From Planctomycetota bacterium (GTDB lineage Bacteria; Planctomycetota; Phycisphaerae; FEN-1346), in assembly GCA_030602705.1 (NCBI GenBank), contig JAUVZF010000009.1, positions 94 through 64,093 of the forward strand: a stretch of DNA of 64,000 nt, written 5' to 3'. The notes under the pieces are model-generated. The model had not been told where the DNA came from and did not search any database. It worked only from the letters and a program-made list of their open reading frames with translations. The position numbers and the translations under genes are program-made. Below are positions 29,416 through 39,531 of the stretch, piece by piece; position 1 is the stretch's first letter, and each line of letters starts with the position of its first letter.

Positions 29416-30849
29416 TCAGCGAAACCGCAGGGCGTACAGGTCGGCGTCTTTCAGGACGAATCGCAGCCGGACCGGCCTGCCGGCCAGGCGGCCCACGTTG
29501 GAGCCGCCCTTCCATGTTACCGCGCGGTCGATGGCGTCGCCGAAGATGAGCGGGCAGTCGGCCAGGGCGAAGCCTTCGACCGGTTCGCCGTCGGCCCCCT
29601 GGATCTCGACGCGGATGCCGCCGGCGGCGGAGGTCTCGAAGTTGATCGCCAGTTCCCTGCCCTCGAAGCGAAGCGGCCTGGTCACCAGTTCGCCACCTTT
29701 GAGCGGCGCGCTCACCGACACGAAACCGTCGAGGCGCAGGGAGTACCGCGTCACGTGGCTCGTCGGCTGGGCGTAATGCGACAGGCGGTAGAGGAACATG
29801 CGGCGGTCGGTCGTCGGCACGATGCCCCAGGCGGGGGTGTTGTCGCGGCAGATCCAGTCGCGCGGCGTCGGGCCCGGCCGGATGAACGCCTCGAGGAACG
29901 TCCGGTCGTAGCGGCCCCCGCCGCGGCTGGTCATCAGGACCGCGTCGCTGGAGGCGATCCGATGTCTCGGATGCGGGACGAGGGCGGCCGCCTCATCGGG
30001 CGGCAGCGCGACTTTGCCGGGGAAGAACCGTTTCGCCAAAGCGACATAGATGTGCGGCGCGCGAAAGTACGGCAGCGTCCCGTTCGTGTAAAGATGTTCG
30101 GGCGGGGCGTCGCCGAACGTCATCTCGACCGGCTCGGTCCAGTTGAGGAAATCCTTGCTCGTGGTGCGCGAGATCCAGCGGTAACTGGTACCGCCGACCT
30201 TCTTCCACGTCCGGAAGCAGCAGACGTAGCAGCCTTCGGCGTCGGACCAGAAGGCGACGTTCTGGGAATCGAAGGCGCCCTTGGTGATGACCGGTTCCTT
30301 CCGCAGCCTCTTCCATCGGACGGCGTCGGCCGACGCGAAGGCGACGAGGCCTGTCTTTCGCGTTCCTGCCAGGGCCTTGTATCGCTGCTGGGCGGGCACG
30401 CCGGGCTTTGTGTCGATGAACGGTGCGAAGTTGTGGCAGAGGTCCGGCTCGCCGGCCAGAATCACGTTGTTGTTCTTGGTGCCCCTGACCTCGTGCAGGC
30501 CCAGGCTCGGCTTCGTCCAGTGGATGCCGTCTTTCGACTCGGCGTAACAGGTCACCTGCGTGGCGCCGGCGAGTTCGGGCTGGCCGCGGTAGTACATGCG
30601 GCAGCGGTCCTTGTCCCGGAAGACCGTGATGTAGGCCGAGTACAGGCCTTCCCACGGCTTGTCGAACACGAGCGCCGTGCCCTCTCGCCGGGGATGATGC
30701 AGCCGCAGCCGCGCGCCTTCAAGCCGCTGGGTCAGGTGATGGTCCACGAACAGTTCGCGGCGCGAGCCGATGTCGATGCCCGTCTCGGCCCACGCGACGG
30801 CGGCAGCGATCAACGGCAGGAAACCCAGCAGCCATCTCGGCAGTCGCAT
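29416..30849 (-). CDS. Secreted glycoside-hydrolase-like beta-propeller protein
   Basis: Signal peptide, RELFVD, YAESKDGIHWTKP, FDSQNVAFW, LRLDGFVSV. Confidence 0.8.
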   Translation of the reverse strand: MRLPRWLLGFLPLIAAAVAWAETGIDIGSRRELFVDHHLTQRLEGARLRLHHPRREGTALVFDKPWEGLYSAYITVFRDKDRCRMYYRGQPELAGATQVTCYAESKDGIHWTKPSLGLHEVRGTKNNNVILAGEPDLCHNFAPFIDTKPGVPAQQRYKALAGTRKTGLVAFASADAVRWKRLRKEPVITKGAFDSQNVAFWSDAEGCYVCCFRTWKKVGGTSYRWISRTTSKDFLNWTEPVEMTFGDAPPEHLYTNGTLPYFRAPHIYVALAKRFFPGKVALPPDEAAALVPHPRHRIASSDAVLMTSRGGGRYDRTFLEAFIRPGPTPRDWICRDNTPAWGIVPTTDRRMFLYRLSHYAQPTSHVTRYSLRLDGFVSVSAPLKGGELVTRPLRFEGRELAINFETSAAGGIRVEIQGADGEPVEGFALADCPLIFGDAIDRAVTWKGGSNVGRLAGRPVRLRFVLKDADLYALRFR

Positions 30850-30854
30850 GGGCC

Positions 30855-31115
30855 TCACTCCTCCCGCCTTTCGTTGACGTAAAACCCGTCGTGCATGAAG
30901 AGCCCGAACTCCGCGTTGGCAACCTACTCCAGCGCGGCTGCCTTGGGGTCCTTTCGGTACAGGTCCGCGTACTCTTTCAGGTAGGATAGCACGCTTGACT
31001 CGCTCACCGTCTTTTTCTCCCTCTGAGCGAGACCGTTGGCACAGCCGCCTGCGCCGAGCGCGATCCCCGCACCGAGAGCCTGTGGGAATTGCCTTCGCGT
31101 CTGTTTGGGTATCAT
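30855..31115 (-). pseudogene. Remnant of a Tat-exported alpha-L-fucosidase (GH29)-like gene
   Basis: TRRQF Tat-like motif; SYLKEYADLYRKDPKAAALE*VANAEFGLFMHDGFY, in-frame TAG where W of WF..AKFGLF.H is expected; then truncated. Confidence 0.65.
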
Positions 31116-31365
31116 CCGTCTCTTCGTGCGGCAGTGCTGCTTCCCGCGCGCCCCACGATGCTACTTGCCGGCCTGGGCGTTTGCAAGGGCAACAAGGACG
31201 CGGGATGACTGGCGCCGGCTTTGACTCGGGCACCGGGAGTTTGCACAGCACGATTGGCTGTGAGCGCGGTTACACGTAATGAAGGACCGCATGGTGGGTG
31301 TGCGCCGAAGCAGGCGGTTGTGACGGGGGTCGATGATGCAGCGTCGAGATAGAGGAGTCCGTCTT

Positions 31366-33717
31366 ATGGCCGCAGGCAGCCGCGCCGCGAAGGTCTCTCT
31401 GTGTCTTGTCCTCGTGCTTCTCGTCGCGTGCAGCGCCTGGGCAGGTGCGCCGGGGCCGATGCTGAAACGGTTCCTCGCCGGCCCGATGGCCGGCGTCGAG
31501 GAAATCATCTTTGCCGTCCGTGGCGTTGGCGGCGACGGGCACTGGTACGCCAACTTCGGCCACTGGGTGTCGAACCCGAAGAAGACGATGTACGGCCCGC
31601 CCGGCGGATGGCTGTGCCGGCTGAATCTGCGAACGGGCAAGGTCCGGGTCCTCCTCGATGATCCGAAAGGCGGTGTCCGCGATCCGCAGGTCCACTACGA
31701 CGCCAAGAAGGTCCTCTTCTCGTACCGCAAGGGCGACTCGACGCACTACCACCTGTTCGAGATGAACCTCGACGGGACGGGCGTGCGGCAGTTGACGGAC
31801 GGTCCGTTCGACGACTACGAGCCCATCTACCTGCCCGACGGAGACCTCCTGTTCTGCTCGTCGCGCTGCAACCGCTGGGTCCAGTGCTGGTTCACGCAGG
31901 TGGCCGTGTTGTATCGCTCGGACGGCGACGGCAGGAACGTGCGCCTCGTGTCGGCCAACATCGAGCACGATAACACGCCCTGGATGATGCCCGACGGCCG
32001 CGTCCTCTACATGCGGTGGGAATACGTGGACCGCAGCCGCGTCCGCTTCCATCACCTCTGGACGATCAACCCCGACGGCACCGGACAGATGACCTACTTC
32101 GGCAACATGCATCCGGGTACCGTCATGCTCGACGCCAAACCCATTCCGGGCACCGAGAAGGTGGTGGTCTCGTTCAACCCCGGCCACGGCCGCAAGGAAC
32201 ACGCTGGGCACGTCACGGTGGTGGACCCGAACCGTGGGCCGGACGATCGTAAGTTCGCCCGCCACATCACCCGCGAGAGCGACTGGCGCGACCCGTACGC
32301 CTTCTCGGAAGACTGCTTCATGGCGGCGCGCGGCCGCAGCCTCTACGTCTTGGACGGGCAGGGCAGGAGCGAGGCGTTTTACACGCTGCCTTCGGACGCC
32401 GCTCGCATGGAGGTGCACGAGCCGCGTCCCTTGCGGACCCGGCCGCGCGAGCCGATTATCACGCCGCGCATCAACCCCGCCAGCCCCACCGGCCGCCTTC
32501 TCCTGGCCGACGTGACGCACGGCCGCAACATGGCGGGCGTGGAGGCCGGCGAAATCAAGAAACTCCTCGTCCTCGAAACGCTGCCCAAGCCGGTGAACTT
32601 CAGCGGCACGATGGAGCCGATCAGCCTGGGCGGCACGTTCACCCTGCCGCGAATCCTCGGCACGGTACCGGTGGAGGCCGACGGGTCGGCCTATATCGAG
32701 GTGCCGGCCCTGAGGCCGCTCTTCTTCGTCGCGCTCGATTCCAACGACCTGTCGGTCAAGCGGATGCAGTCGTTCGTCAGCGTGATGCCGGGCGAGACGA
32801 CCGGGTGCTCCGGCTGCCACGAGAACCGGACCGACACGGCCCGCTTCAAGCCGACCCTGATGGCGCTGAAGCGCTCGCCCAGCCGCATCACGCCCATCAA
32901 GGACGTGCCGGGCGTCCTCGATTTCCCCCGCGACATCCAGCCCGTTCTCAATAAGCACTGCGTCCGCTGCCACAACTACGAGAAGTTCAAGGGCAAGGTC
33001 GTGCTGACCGGCGACCGCGGACCGCAGTACTCGCACGCCTACGTGACGCTGATGTCGCGCGGCCAGGTATCGCACGGGCGCGACGCCAACGGCAATCTCG
33101 GGCCGCGAAAGATCGGGTCCGCCGCCAGCCCGCTGATGACGAAGATCCTCAAAGGCCACAACGGCGTCAAACTCTCGCCGCACGAACGCACGATGATACG
33201 ACTCTGGATCGAGTCGGGCGCGCAGTACCCCGGAACGTACGCCGCCCTCGGAAGCGGGATGGTCGCCGTAAGGTACGACGGCGCCGTCCTGGGCCGCCGG
33301 TGCGGCTCGTGCCACAAGGGACTGAACTTCCGGGTCCACAAGGAGTTGCTGGCGAACCTGACGCGGCCCGCGAAGTCGCTCATCCTGCTCGCGCCGCTCG
33401 CGAAGCGGGCCGGCGGCCTTGGCCTGTGCTGCCGGAAGCCCGCGAAGAAAGGCAAGACGCCCAGGCTGGCCGACGTCTTCAGGTCTCGCCGGGACCCGGG
33501 CTACCAAACACTCCTGGCCGGCGTCACCAAGGCGAAGGCGGACCTCGACCGGCGCAAGCGGTTCGACATGCCCGGCTTCCGCCCCAACGAGCACTACATC
33601 CGCGAGATGCAGCGCTACGGCACGCTCCCGGCCGACATCGCCGCCGCCGACACCATCGACCCCTACGCCACCGACGCGAAGTACTGGCAGTCGTTCTGGT
33701 ACATGCCGAGACGGTAG
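31366..33717 (+). CDS. Secreted HZS-alpha-like beta-propeller / multiheme protein, paralog 2
   Basis: Signal peptide, HWYANFG, RWEYVD, ILGTVPVEADGSAY, CSGCH, CVRCH, CGSCH. Confidence 0.8.
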   Translation: MAAGSRAAKVSLCLVLVLLVACSAWAGAPGPMLKRFLAGPMAGVEEIIFAVRGVGGDGHWYANFGHWVSNPKKTMYGPPGGWLCRLNLRTGKVRVLLDDPKGGVRDPQVHYDAKKVLFSYRKGDSTHYHLFEMNLDGTGVRQLTDGPFDDYEPIYLPDGDLLFCSSRCNRWVQCWFTQVAVLYRSDGDGRNVRLVSANIEHDNTPWMMPDGRVLYMRWEYVDRSRVRFHHLWTINPDGTGQMTYFGNMHPGTVMLDAKPIPGTEKVVVSFNPGHGRKEHAGHVTVVDPNRGPDDRKFARHITRESDWRDPYAFSEDCFMAARGRSLYVLDGQGRSEAFYTLPSDAARMEVHEPRPLRTRPREPIITPRINPASPTGRLLLADVTHGRNMAGVEAGEIKKLLVLETLPKPVNFSGTMEPISLGGTFTLPRILGTVPVEADGSAYIEVPALRPLFFVALDSNDLSVKRMQSFVSVMPGETTGCSGCHENRTDTARFKPTLMALKRSPSRITPIKDVPGVLDFPRDIQPVLNKHCVRCHNYEKFKGKVVLTGDRGPQYSHAYVTLMSRGQVSHGRDANGNLGPRKIGSAASPLMTKILKGHNGVKLSPHERTMIRLWIESGAQYPGTYAALGSGMVAVRYDGAVLGRRCGSCHKGLNFRVHKELLANLTRPAKSLILLAPLAKRAGGLGLCCRKPAKKGKTPRLADVFRSRRDPGYQTLLAGVTKAKADLDRRKRFDMPGFRPNEHYIREMQRYGTLPADIAAADTIDPYATDAKYWQSFWYMPRR

Positions 33718-33821
33718 CGGCAGGGGGCCGCACGTTGGGTGCAGCAGGTCTGCTCTTCCGCCCGCCGTTTCGGCATTTTGCCTTGATTCGTCCCGCGCGG
33801 CCGCATACCGTCGGTTCCACC

Positions 33822-34694
33822 ATGCAGCCCGACGAGCGCACCTACACGACGAGCGACGGCACCGAACTGCCGGTGCGGGTTTGGCCGCCACCAAAAAAGG
33901 TACCAGGTACCTTTTTGGCGAGGCCCGCGGCGCTCGTGTATCTGCACGGCATCCAGAGCCACTCGGGATGGTACGAAGCGTCGTCGCGGCGCCTGGCGGA
34001 GGCGGGCGTGGCGGTCTATCAGATTGAGCGTCGCGGCAGCGGGCGCGATGCGGACCACGAGCGCGGTCACGTCGATAAGGCCGAAACGTGGCTCGAGGAC
34101 GTTGCCCGGGCGGCGGAACTGGCGCGCGACGAGACCGGCGCCGGCAGCGTTCACCTGATGGGCATCTCGTGGGGCGGCAAACTGGCGATGGCGTGCGCCG
34201 CCCATCGGCCGGACCTGTACCGCAGCCTTATCCTCTCGGCGCCCGGCATCGTGCCCATCGTCGATGTTGCGGTGACGATCAAGGTCCGCATCGCGAAGTG
34301 CCTGATGATGGGCCGGGAACTCAGACGGTTCCCCATCCCGATCGACGACCCGCACCTTTTCACCGAGAACCCCGACCGGGTGCGCTACATCGCCGAGGAC
34401 GAACTGAGCCTGCGCGACCTGACGGCCCGGTTCATGTACGAGAGCCGCCGCCTCGACCGGATGGTCCGCGCAGCCGCCGCGACCGTCCGCGTACACACGC
34501 TGCTGCTGCTTGCCGAGCGCGACCGCATCATCAACAACGAAGCCACGCGGGCGCTCATCTATTCGATGGCCGCACGCAAGCGGGTCATCACGTACCCGGG
34601 CGCGCACCACACGCTGGAGTTCGAGGTGGCCCCGCAGCCGTACTTCAAGGACCTCGCGGCCTGGATCGACCAGGTGGAGGGGGAAAGCCCGTGA
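33822..34694 (+). CDS. Alpha/beta hydrolase (lysophospholipase-like)
   Basis: YLHGIQSH, RRGSG, GISWGG nucleophile elbow, HHTLEFE. Confidence 0.88.
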   Translation: MQPDERTYTTSDGTELPVRVWPPPKKVPGTFLARPAALVYLHGIQSHSGWYEASSRRLAEAGVAVYQIERRGSGRDADHERGHVDKAETWLEDVARAAELARDETGAGSVHLMGISWGGKLAMACAAHRPDLYRSLILSAPGIVPIVDVAVTIKVRIAKCLMMGRELRRFPIPIDDPHLFTENPDRVRYIAEDELSLRDLTARFMYESRRLDRMVRAAAATVRVHTLLLLAERDRIINNEATRALIYSMAARKRVITYPGAHHTLEFEVAPQPYFKDLAAWIDQVEGESP

Positions 34695-35464
34695 ACGCAC
34701 TGATCGTTTACTTCTCGCAGACCGGCAACACCGAACGGGTGGCCCGCGCCATCGGCAGCGGTCTCCAAGGCGCGGGGTGCGAGACGGTGGACCTGGCGCC
34801 CATCCGCGAGGCGGGGCCGCACGACTGGCTCGACTACGACCTCGTCGGCCTGGGAACGCCGGTGTTCTATTACAAGGAACCCGTGAACGTCCGCGATTGG
34901 GTCAAGGCGCTCGCCCCTCGGCCGCAGCCGGGGCCCGTGCTGACGTTCAACACCAACGGCGGCAACCCGACGAACACCTTCCGCCGGCTCCAGAAACTGC
35001 TGAAGCCGAAGGGCGGCCGCGTGCTCGGCTCGTTCGAGTGCTTCGGCTACGACACGTATCCGATCTACCTGAAATCGTTCCGCCAGTGGGGCCACCCGGA
35101 CGCCGAGGACCTTGCTTCGGCCGAGACGTTCGGCGGCGAGATGGCCGCGAAGGCCGGGCGGTTCCTTGCGGGCGAGTTGGTCTCGGAGGCCGCGTACAAG
35201 TTCGTGGGCGGCAAACACTTCCGCCTGTCGTGGATTTGCCGCCGGCCGATCCTCAACACGTTCTTCCCGAAACTCAACCTGCGTGAAGACCTGTGCACGG
35301 CGTGCGGCGCGTGCGCGGGCGCGTGCCCGACGGAAAACATCGAGATGGCTCCCGGCCCGCGGTTCCTCGACCGCTGCATCCACTGCTACCTGTGCGAGCG
35401 GATCTGCCCGCAGAATGCCATCCAGTGCGACTGGCGCCGCCTGACCAAACGGATGAACCCCTGA
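34691..35464 (+). CDS. Flavodoxin plus 4Fe-4S ferredoxin (EFR1-type) protein
   Basis: YFSQTGNT; CTACGACAGACP; CIHCYLCERICP; GTGA overlap. Confidence 0.88.
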   Translation: MNALIVYFSQTGNTERVARAIGSGLQGAGCETVDLAPIREAGPHDWLDYDLVGLGTPVFYYKEPVNVRDWVKALAPRPQPGPVLTFNTNGGNPTNTFRRLQKLLKPKGGRVLGSFECFGYDTYPIYLKSFRQWGHPDAEDLASAETFGGEMAAKAGRFLAGELVSEAAYKFVGGKHFRLSWICRRPILNTFFPKLNLREDLCTACGACAGACPTENIEMAPGPRFLDRCIHCYLCERICPQNAIQCDWRRLTKRMNP

Positions 35465-35584
35465 GATGCACCCGTGCCGCGTGCCGCTTTCTTGAGGCGC
35501 ACCCGGCGCCGGGCGCCACCGTTTACTTGTCAAACGGTGCGGCTGCGGGTGGACCTCTTGCTCGGCAATCGTGCGCGTACGATC

Positions 35585-36064
35585 TCACCCCGCCCCGCCG
35601 GGCCACCCGAGGAGTTGCACGAAGCGCGGCACAAAGAGGATCAGCCCGACGACGAGCGCCCCGAGGGCCGCCATCAGCACGGACGCCGCCGCCACGTCTT
35701 TCGCAATCTTCAGGACGGGGTGCTGCTCGCTCGAGACCGCGTTGGCCAGGATCTCCAGCCCCGTGTTGAACCCCTCCGCCACCCACACGAGCACGATTGC
35801 GATGATCAGGTTGCACCACTCGCCAACGGCGAACGGCCTGACCATGACGTGCAGGACGGCCGCCAGCACGAGCGCCAGCACCGAGGCCACCGCGTGCAGC
35901 CACGCGTTATGCTGGCTGCGCAGAATGAACCACATTCCCATAAAGGCATGGCGAAAACTCCGCACCCGCCCGACCACCGTAAAGGGCGACTGGTAGAAGA
36001 CTTCCGTCTCCAGGCGGTCCTCGTTGCGGCGTTCCTCGCCCGAGTCGGTCGGCGGTTGGGCCAT
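35585..36064 (-). CDS. dgkA: Diacylglycerol/undecaprenol kinase family
   Basis: SFRHAFMG, QHNAWLH, EGFNTGLE, IAKDVAAASVL. Confidence 0.85.
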   Translation of the reverse strand: MAQPPTDSGEERRNEDRLETEVFYQSPFTVVGRVRSFRHAFMGMWFILRSQHNAWLHAVASVLALVLAAVLHVMVRPFAVGEWCNLIIAIVLVWVAEGFNTGLEILANAVSSEQHPVLKIAKDVAAASVLMAALGALVVGLILFVPRFVQLLGWPGGAG

Positions 36065-36918
36065 CACACCTCTCCGGGGGTTTTGAGTTCCTCGAGCCGC
36101 GTCTGCATCACGGCCCGCTTCTCGTCCGGCAGGTCCTCTTCCGTCAGCAGCCGGCGTACGCCGTCCTCGAACATCGGCCGCGCAAACTCGCTCGTGAAGT
36201 AACGGTCCGGCCGCGCCTCGATCATCTTCAGGAACCCCTCGAACTCCTCGAAGTACGATCCGTAGATGTGAAAACTGTCGGCCACGTGTACGTACTCGCC
36301 GGGCTCCACGTCCAGGTCGCGCGCCATCTGCCGCTGGAGTTCCGTGAAGGCGAACATGTTCATAAATGCTGCCTTGAATGCGTCGTTCGAGCGGATGTGG
36401 ACGACCAGGTTCAGCCGGTCGGGCCCGCCCGCCTCGTCTTTCTCGACCCGGAACCACATCCGCTGAAGGCACGCCGGGTCGGCGATGCCCGCATCCTTCC
36501 ACGCCTGCCACGTCACCGCCTGGGCCCGCCGCGTGTACGGCGTCAGGCGAAGCATCCGCACGGCCTCCGCAATCTGGTCGATCGGCTCGTCGAGCCCCGG
36601 CACCCGGTACGCCCGCAGACGCTCGTGGTACGTGTACTCCCACTTGCCCTGCTCGGGGGCGACCCAATGGTCGTGCACGCCGTAGAGCACCTCGGCCCGG
36701 TACGCCTCCAGGTCCTCCAGGCCGCCGGGAAACGCCTTGTGGATGCGCGGCTCGGCAAACGGTTCGGTCACGTGGATGAGGCAGGCGACGTCGCGGCTGG
36801 GCGGATCGCCGGGCTTATCGTACTGCGTGCGGAACCTCGCCCCCTCGTCCCAGCACCGGCGGACGGCCGTCTCCCAGCCTTGAGGCAGCGTCCGCTGGTG
36901 GACGTAAATCGATTTCAC
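36064..36918 (-). CDS. Thymidylate synthase, archaeal-like ThyA family
   Basis: YTYHERL, TRRAQAVTW, DPACLQ (catalytic Cys), RSNDAFKAAFMN, ADSFHIY; GTG start after GAGGT. Confidence 0.82.
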   Translation of the reverse strand: MKSIYVHQRTLPQGWETAVRRCWDEGARFRTQYDKPGDPPSRDVACLIHVTEPFAEPRIHKAFPGGLEDLEAYRAEVLYGVHDHWVAPEQGKWEYTYHERLRAYRVPGLDEPIDQIAEAVRMLRLTPYTRRAQAVTWQAWKDAGIADPACLQRMWFRVEKDEAGGPDRLNLVVHIRSNDAFKAAFMNMFAFTELQRQMARDLDVEPGEYVHVADSFHIYGSYFEEFEGFLKMIEARPDRYFTSEFARPMFEDGVRRLLTEEDLPDEKRAVMQTRLEELKTPGEV

Positions 36919-37224
36919 GAATACCTCGCCCTTCTTGCTGAGGGCAGCATTGCCAATGTCCGCGATCGGACGCTCAGTGTGCTGCCGACGGCGAATTGTA
37001 GGCCCCCGCCCGCCCTGGAGCAAGCCGAATTGCCGGCGGGCAGTCGCCGGTGGAACCGCACCTGTGCCACGGCCGGTCTTGTCCGGCCGTGCGTTGTACG
37101 TTCTGTGGCTTGCGCCCAGACCTCCGAAAAATCCCTTGCAGCCGCCGCCGCCCCTGGGAAGATGGATGCACACAGAAGGGCCATTTGCGGAATCTTTTCC
37201 GGAACCCATCGTAAGGAGAGCCGC

Positions 37225-37692
37225 ATGACACAGGCGCCACCCGAAGCACCGTCCAGCCCGCCGCTGGCCGGCACGAACTCGCGCCGCCTGGCCATCGCGA
37301 GCATCATTTGCGGGGCGCTCGGGATCGTGACGTGCGGCGTGTCGGCGGTCCTCGGCCTGATCCTGGGCATCATCGCCCTCACGAGGTGCGGCCAAGGCAC
37401 GGCCCCAGGGCGCAGCAGAGGCCTAGCGATCGCCGGGGTGGTCGTCTCGGGGTTCATGATCCTGGGCGGCGCGGCCATCGACCTGCCCCTGCTCGGGCTG
37501 CTGATTCTCTTCCGAAACGAGATCAACGACTGGACGGTCGATATCTGGGAACAGGCGCAGGACGAGGCCGAGAAGGAGCAGGATGACTTCTTCGGAGAGG
37601 AGATGGACCGGCTAGACCTCCCCCGGCCGCACCTCTGGCTGACACCGTCGCCGGCTGCATGCCTGTGCCCTGCCGCAAGGACAACGCCATGA
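37225..37692 (+). CDS. DUF4190 domain membrane protein
   Basis: LAIASIICG...LGLILGIIAL...GLAIAG. Confidence 0.8.
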   Translation: MTQAPPEAPSSPPLAGTNSRRLAIASIICGALGIVTCGVSAVLGLILGIIALTRCGQGTAPGRSRGLAIAGVVVSGFMILGGAAIDLPLLGLLILFRNEINDWTVDIWEQAQDEAEKEQDDFFGEEMDRLDLPRPHLWLTPSPAACLCPAARTTP

Positions 37693-38408
37693 CCCAGCCG
37701 CCTCCACCGCCATCCGGTTACCCGCCGCAACAGGCGCCCGGCCCGCCGACGAGCGGCCTGGCCGTGGCGAGCCTCGTCTGCGGCATCGGGGGGGTTTGTA
37801 CCTGCGGCCTCGGCGGCATCGCCGGCATCGTCCTCGGCATCATGGCGATGGGGCGGATCAAGCGCAGCGGCGGCCAACTCGGAGGCAGGGGGTTGGCCGT
37901 GGCCGGCCTCGTCGTTTCCATCATCGCTATCATCGTCGGACTGGCAATCATCGCCGGGACGGGCGCGGTCTGGTTCTACGCCCGGCGCCAGTACGACGTC
38001 ATGCAGTTCAGCGCCAACGTCCGGGTCCTGTGCGAACACGTCGTAACGTACAGCGCGGTCAACGACGGCCGGCTGCCGCCGCCGGACTCGTGGCCGGACG
38101 CCCTCATGGCAGAGGGCCTGATCACCGACCTCGACATCCTGACCGACCCGGCCGACCCCGGCGCCGGCCGCGCGATTGCGATGAACCGGGCCGTGGTCCG
38201 CGCCCCCACCTACGACGTGGCACGCGCCGGCGATACGGTCCTGCTGTTCGAGTGCGCCCCCGGCAGCCCGCTCTCCGGCGGCCGCGACCTCCTGCCGCCC
38301 GCGCCGCGACACGCCGGCGGGTACGTCATCGGCTTTCTCGACGGCCGCACCCGGCAGGTGCCGCCCGAGCGACTCGACCGCCTCGTCTGGAACCCGAAAC
38401 CCGGATAG
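37689..38408 (+). CDS. DUF4190 plus H-X9-DG domain protein
   Basis: SGLAVASLVCG...GRGLAVAG; GRLPP; RHAGGYVIGFLDG. Confidence 0.8.
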   Translation: MTQPPPPPSGYPPQQAPGPPTSGLAVASLVCGIGGVCTCGLGGIAGIVLGIMAMGRIKRSGGQLGGRGLAVAGLVVSIIAIIVGLAIIAGTGAVWFYARRQYDVMQFSANVRVLCEHVVTYSAVNDGRLPPPDSWPDALMAEGLITDLDILTDPADPGAGRAIAMNRAVVRAPTYDVARAGDTVLLFECAPGSPLSGGRDLLPPAPRHAGGYVIGFLDGRTRQVPPERLDRLVWNPKPG

Positions 38409-38431
38409 CCTTTGACTGAAAGGGAACCGCG

Positions 38432-39166
38432 ATGGCTAAGCCGTCTCCGCCTGAACCGGCCGAGACGCCACGGGCGCCGAAACGCAGACCCACGTACAGC
38501 CGGTTGGCCCTCGCCAGCCTCATCTGCGGCGTCTGCGGGGCGCTGTTGGTTACTACCGGGCTGCCGGCGTGGGGGTTGGCGCTCATCGGCATCCTTGGAC
38601 TCGTTCTGGGTGTGGCTGCTGTCGTCCAGGTTTTTCGCAGCCTGGGTCTGGTCAGCGGCTACATGAGCGCCATTCTGGGCATCGTGCTCTGCGGTCTGTG
38701 CGTGGTCGATGCGCTGACCGTCACCGACATGCCCCCCCATATCGAACTCGATATCCAGAACAACCTTTCGCAGTTATGCAGGGGGGCGCTGGCATACGCG
38801 ACGGACCATGAAGGCAGATTCCCGCCCGCAGACTCCTGGCACGAAGTCTTCATGGCGGAGAAGTACCTGGGCGACGACTCGGTCTTCCAGGACCCCCGCA
38901 ACCCGGACGCGGGCCGGGCGTACGCGATGAACGCCCATCTGACCGCCGTGCGCCTGGAACAGGTGCAGCACCATCCGCGGATGGTTGCCTTTTTCGAGTG
39001 CGCGCCGGGGAGCCCGCCCTCCGGCGGTCGCGAACTCCTGTCTCCTGAGCCTCCACATCGCGGCGGCTACCTCTTCGGCATGGTCGACGGGCATGTGGAG
39101 TGGGTCCCGCGGGACGAACTCGACAACCTGATCTGGGACCCGAGGGGGGAAGGGCCAGACAACTAG
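38432..39166 (+). CDS. DUF4190-like plus H-X9-DG domain protein, paralog
   Basis: LALASLICG; YATDHEGRFPP; YAMN; HRGGYLFGMVDGH. Confidence 0.78.
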   Translation: MAKPSPPEPAETPRAPKRRPTYSRLALASLICGVCGALLVTTGLPAWGLALIGILGLVLGVAAVVQVFRSLGLVSGYMSAILGIVLCGLCVVDALTVTDMPPHIELDIQNNLSQLCRGALAYATDHEGRFPPADSWHEVFMAEKYLGDDSVFQDPRNPDAGRAYAMNAHLTAVRLEQVQHHPRMVAFFECAPGSPPSGGRELLSPEPPHRGGYLFGMVDGHVEWVPRDELDNLIWDPRGEGPDN

Positions 39167-39299
39167 CGTCGGCTCCGCCCGCAGCGCGAAGGCTTCCGCG
39201 GCGTTCGTCATTCGTTATTCGTCATTCGACATTCGCCGTAAGGCGGTCTCCCTCCCCCCACAACTTGTGGGTGAAGCGAAAAAAACCACAAAATTGTGC

Positions 39300-39327
39300 T
39301 TGACACCTTCTCGACGGGCGGCAGAAT
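39300..39327 (+). promoter_or_regulatory. Sigma70-type promoter with ~200-nt leader
   Basis: TTGACA-16 bp-CAGAAT. Confidence 0.45.
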
Positions 39328-39531
39328 GGCGCTTGAGAGTGGTTCGCCCGGGCCGGTAAGCCGGTTTCACGTCGTTGCGGGTCGCCTGGCCCACAGGGGT
39401 TGCAGTAGAGGCCGAAAGGCGTTTCGCGCCTGACATGTTTCGCGCAGCGGCCACGCGCACTCGTACTGTGGGCTTGCGGCAATTGTTCCGGGAACACGAT
39501 GGGGGCTTGGTAACGAAAGGAGCGCCGAGTC

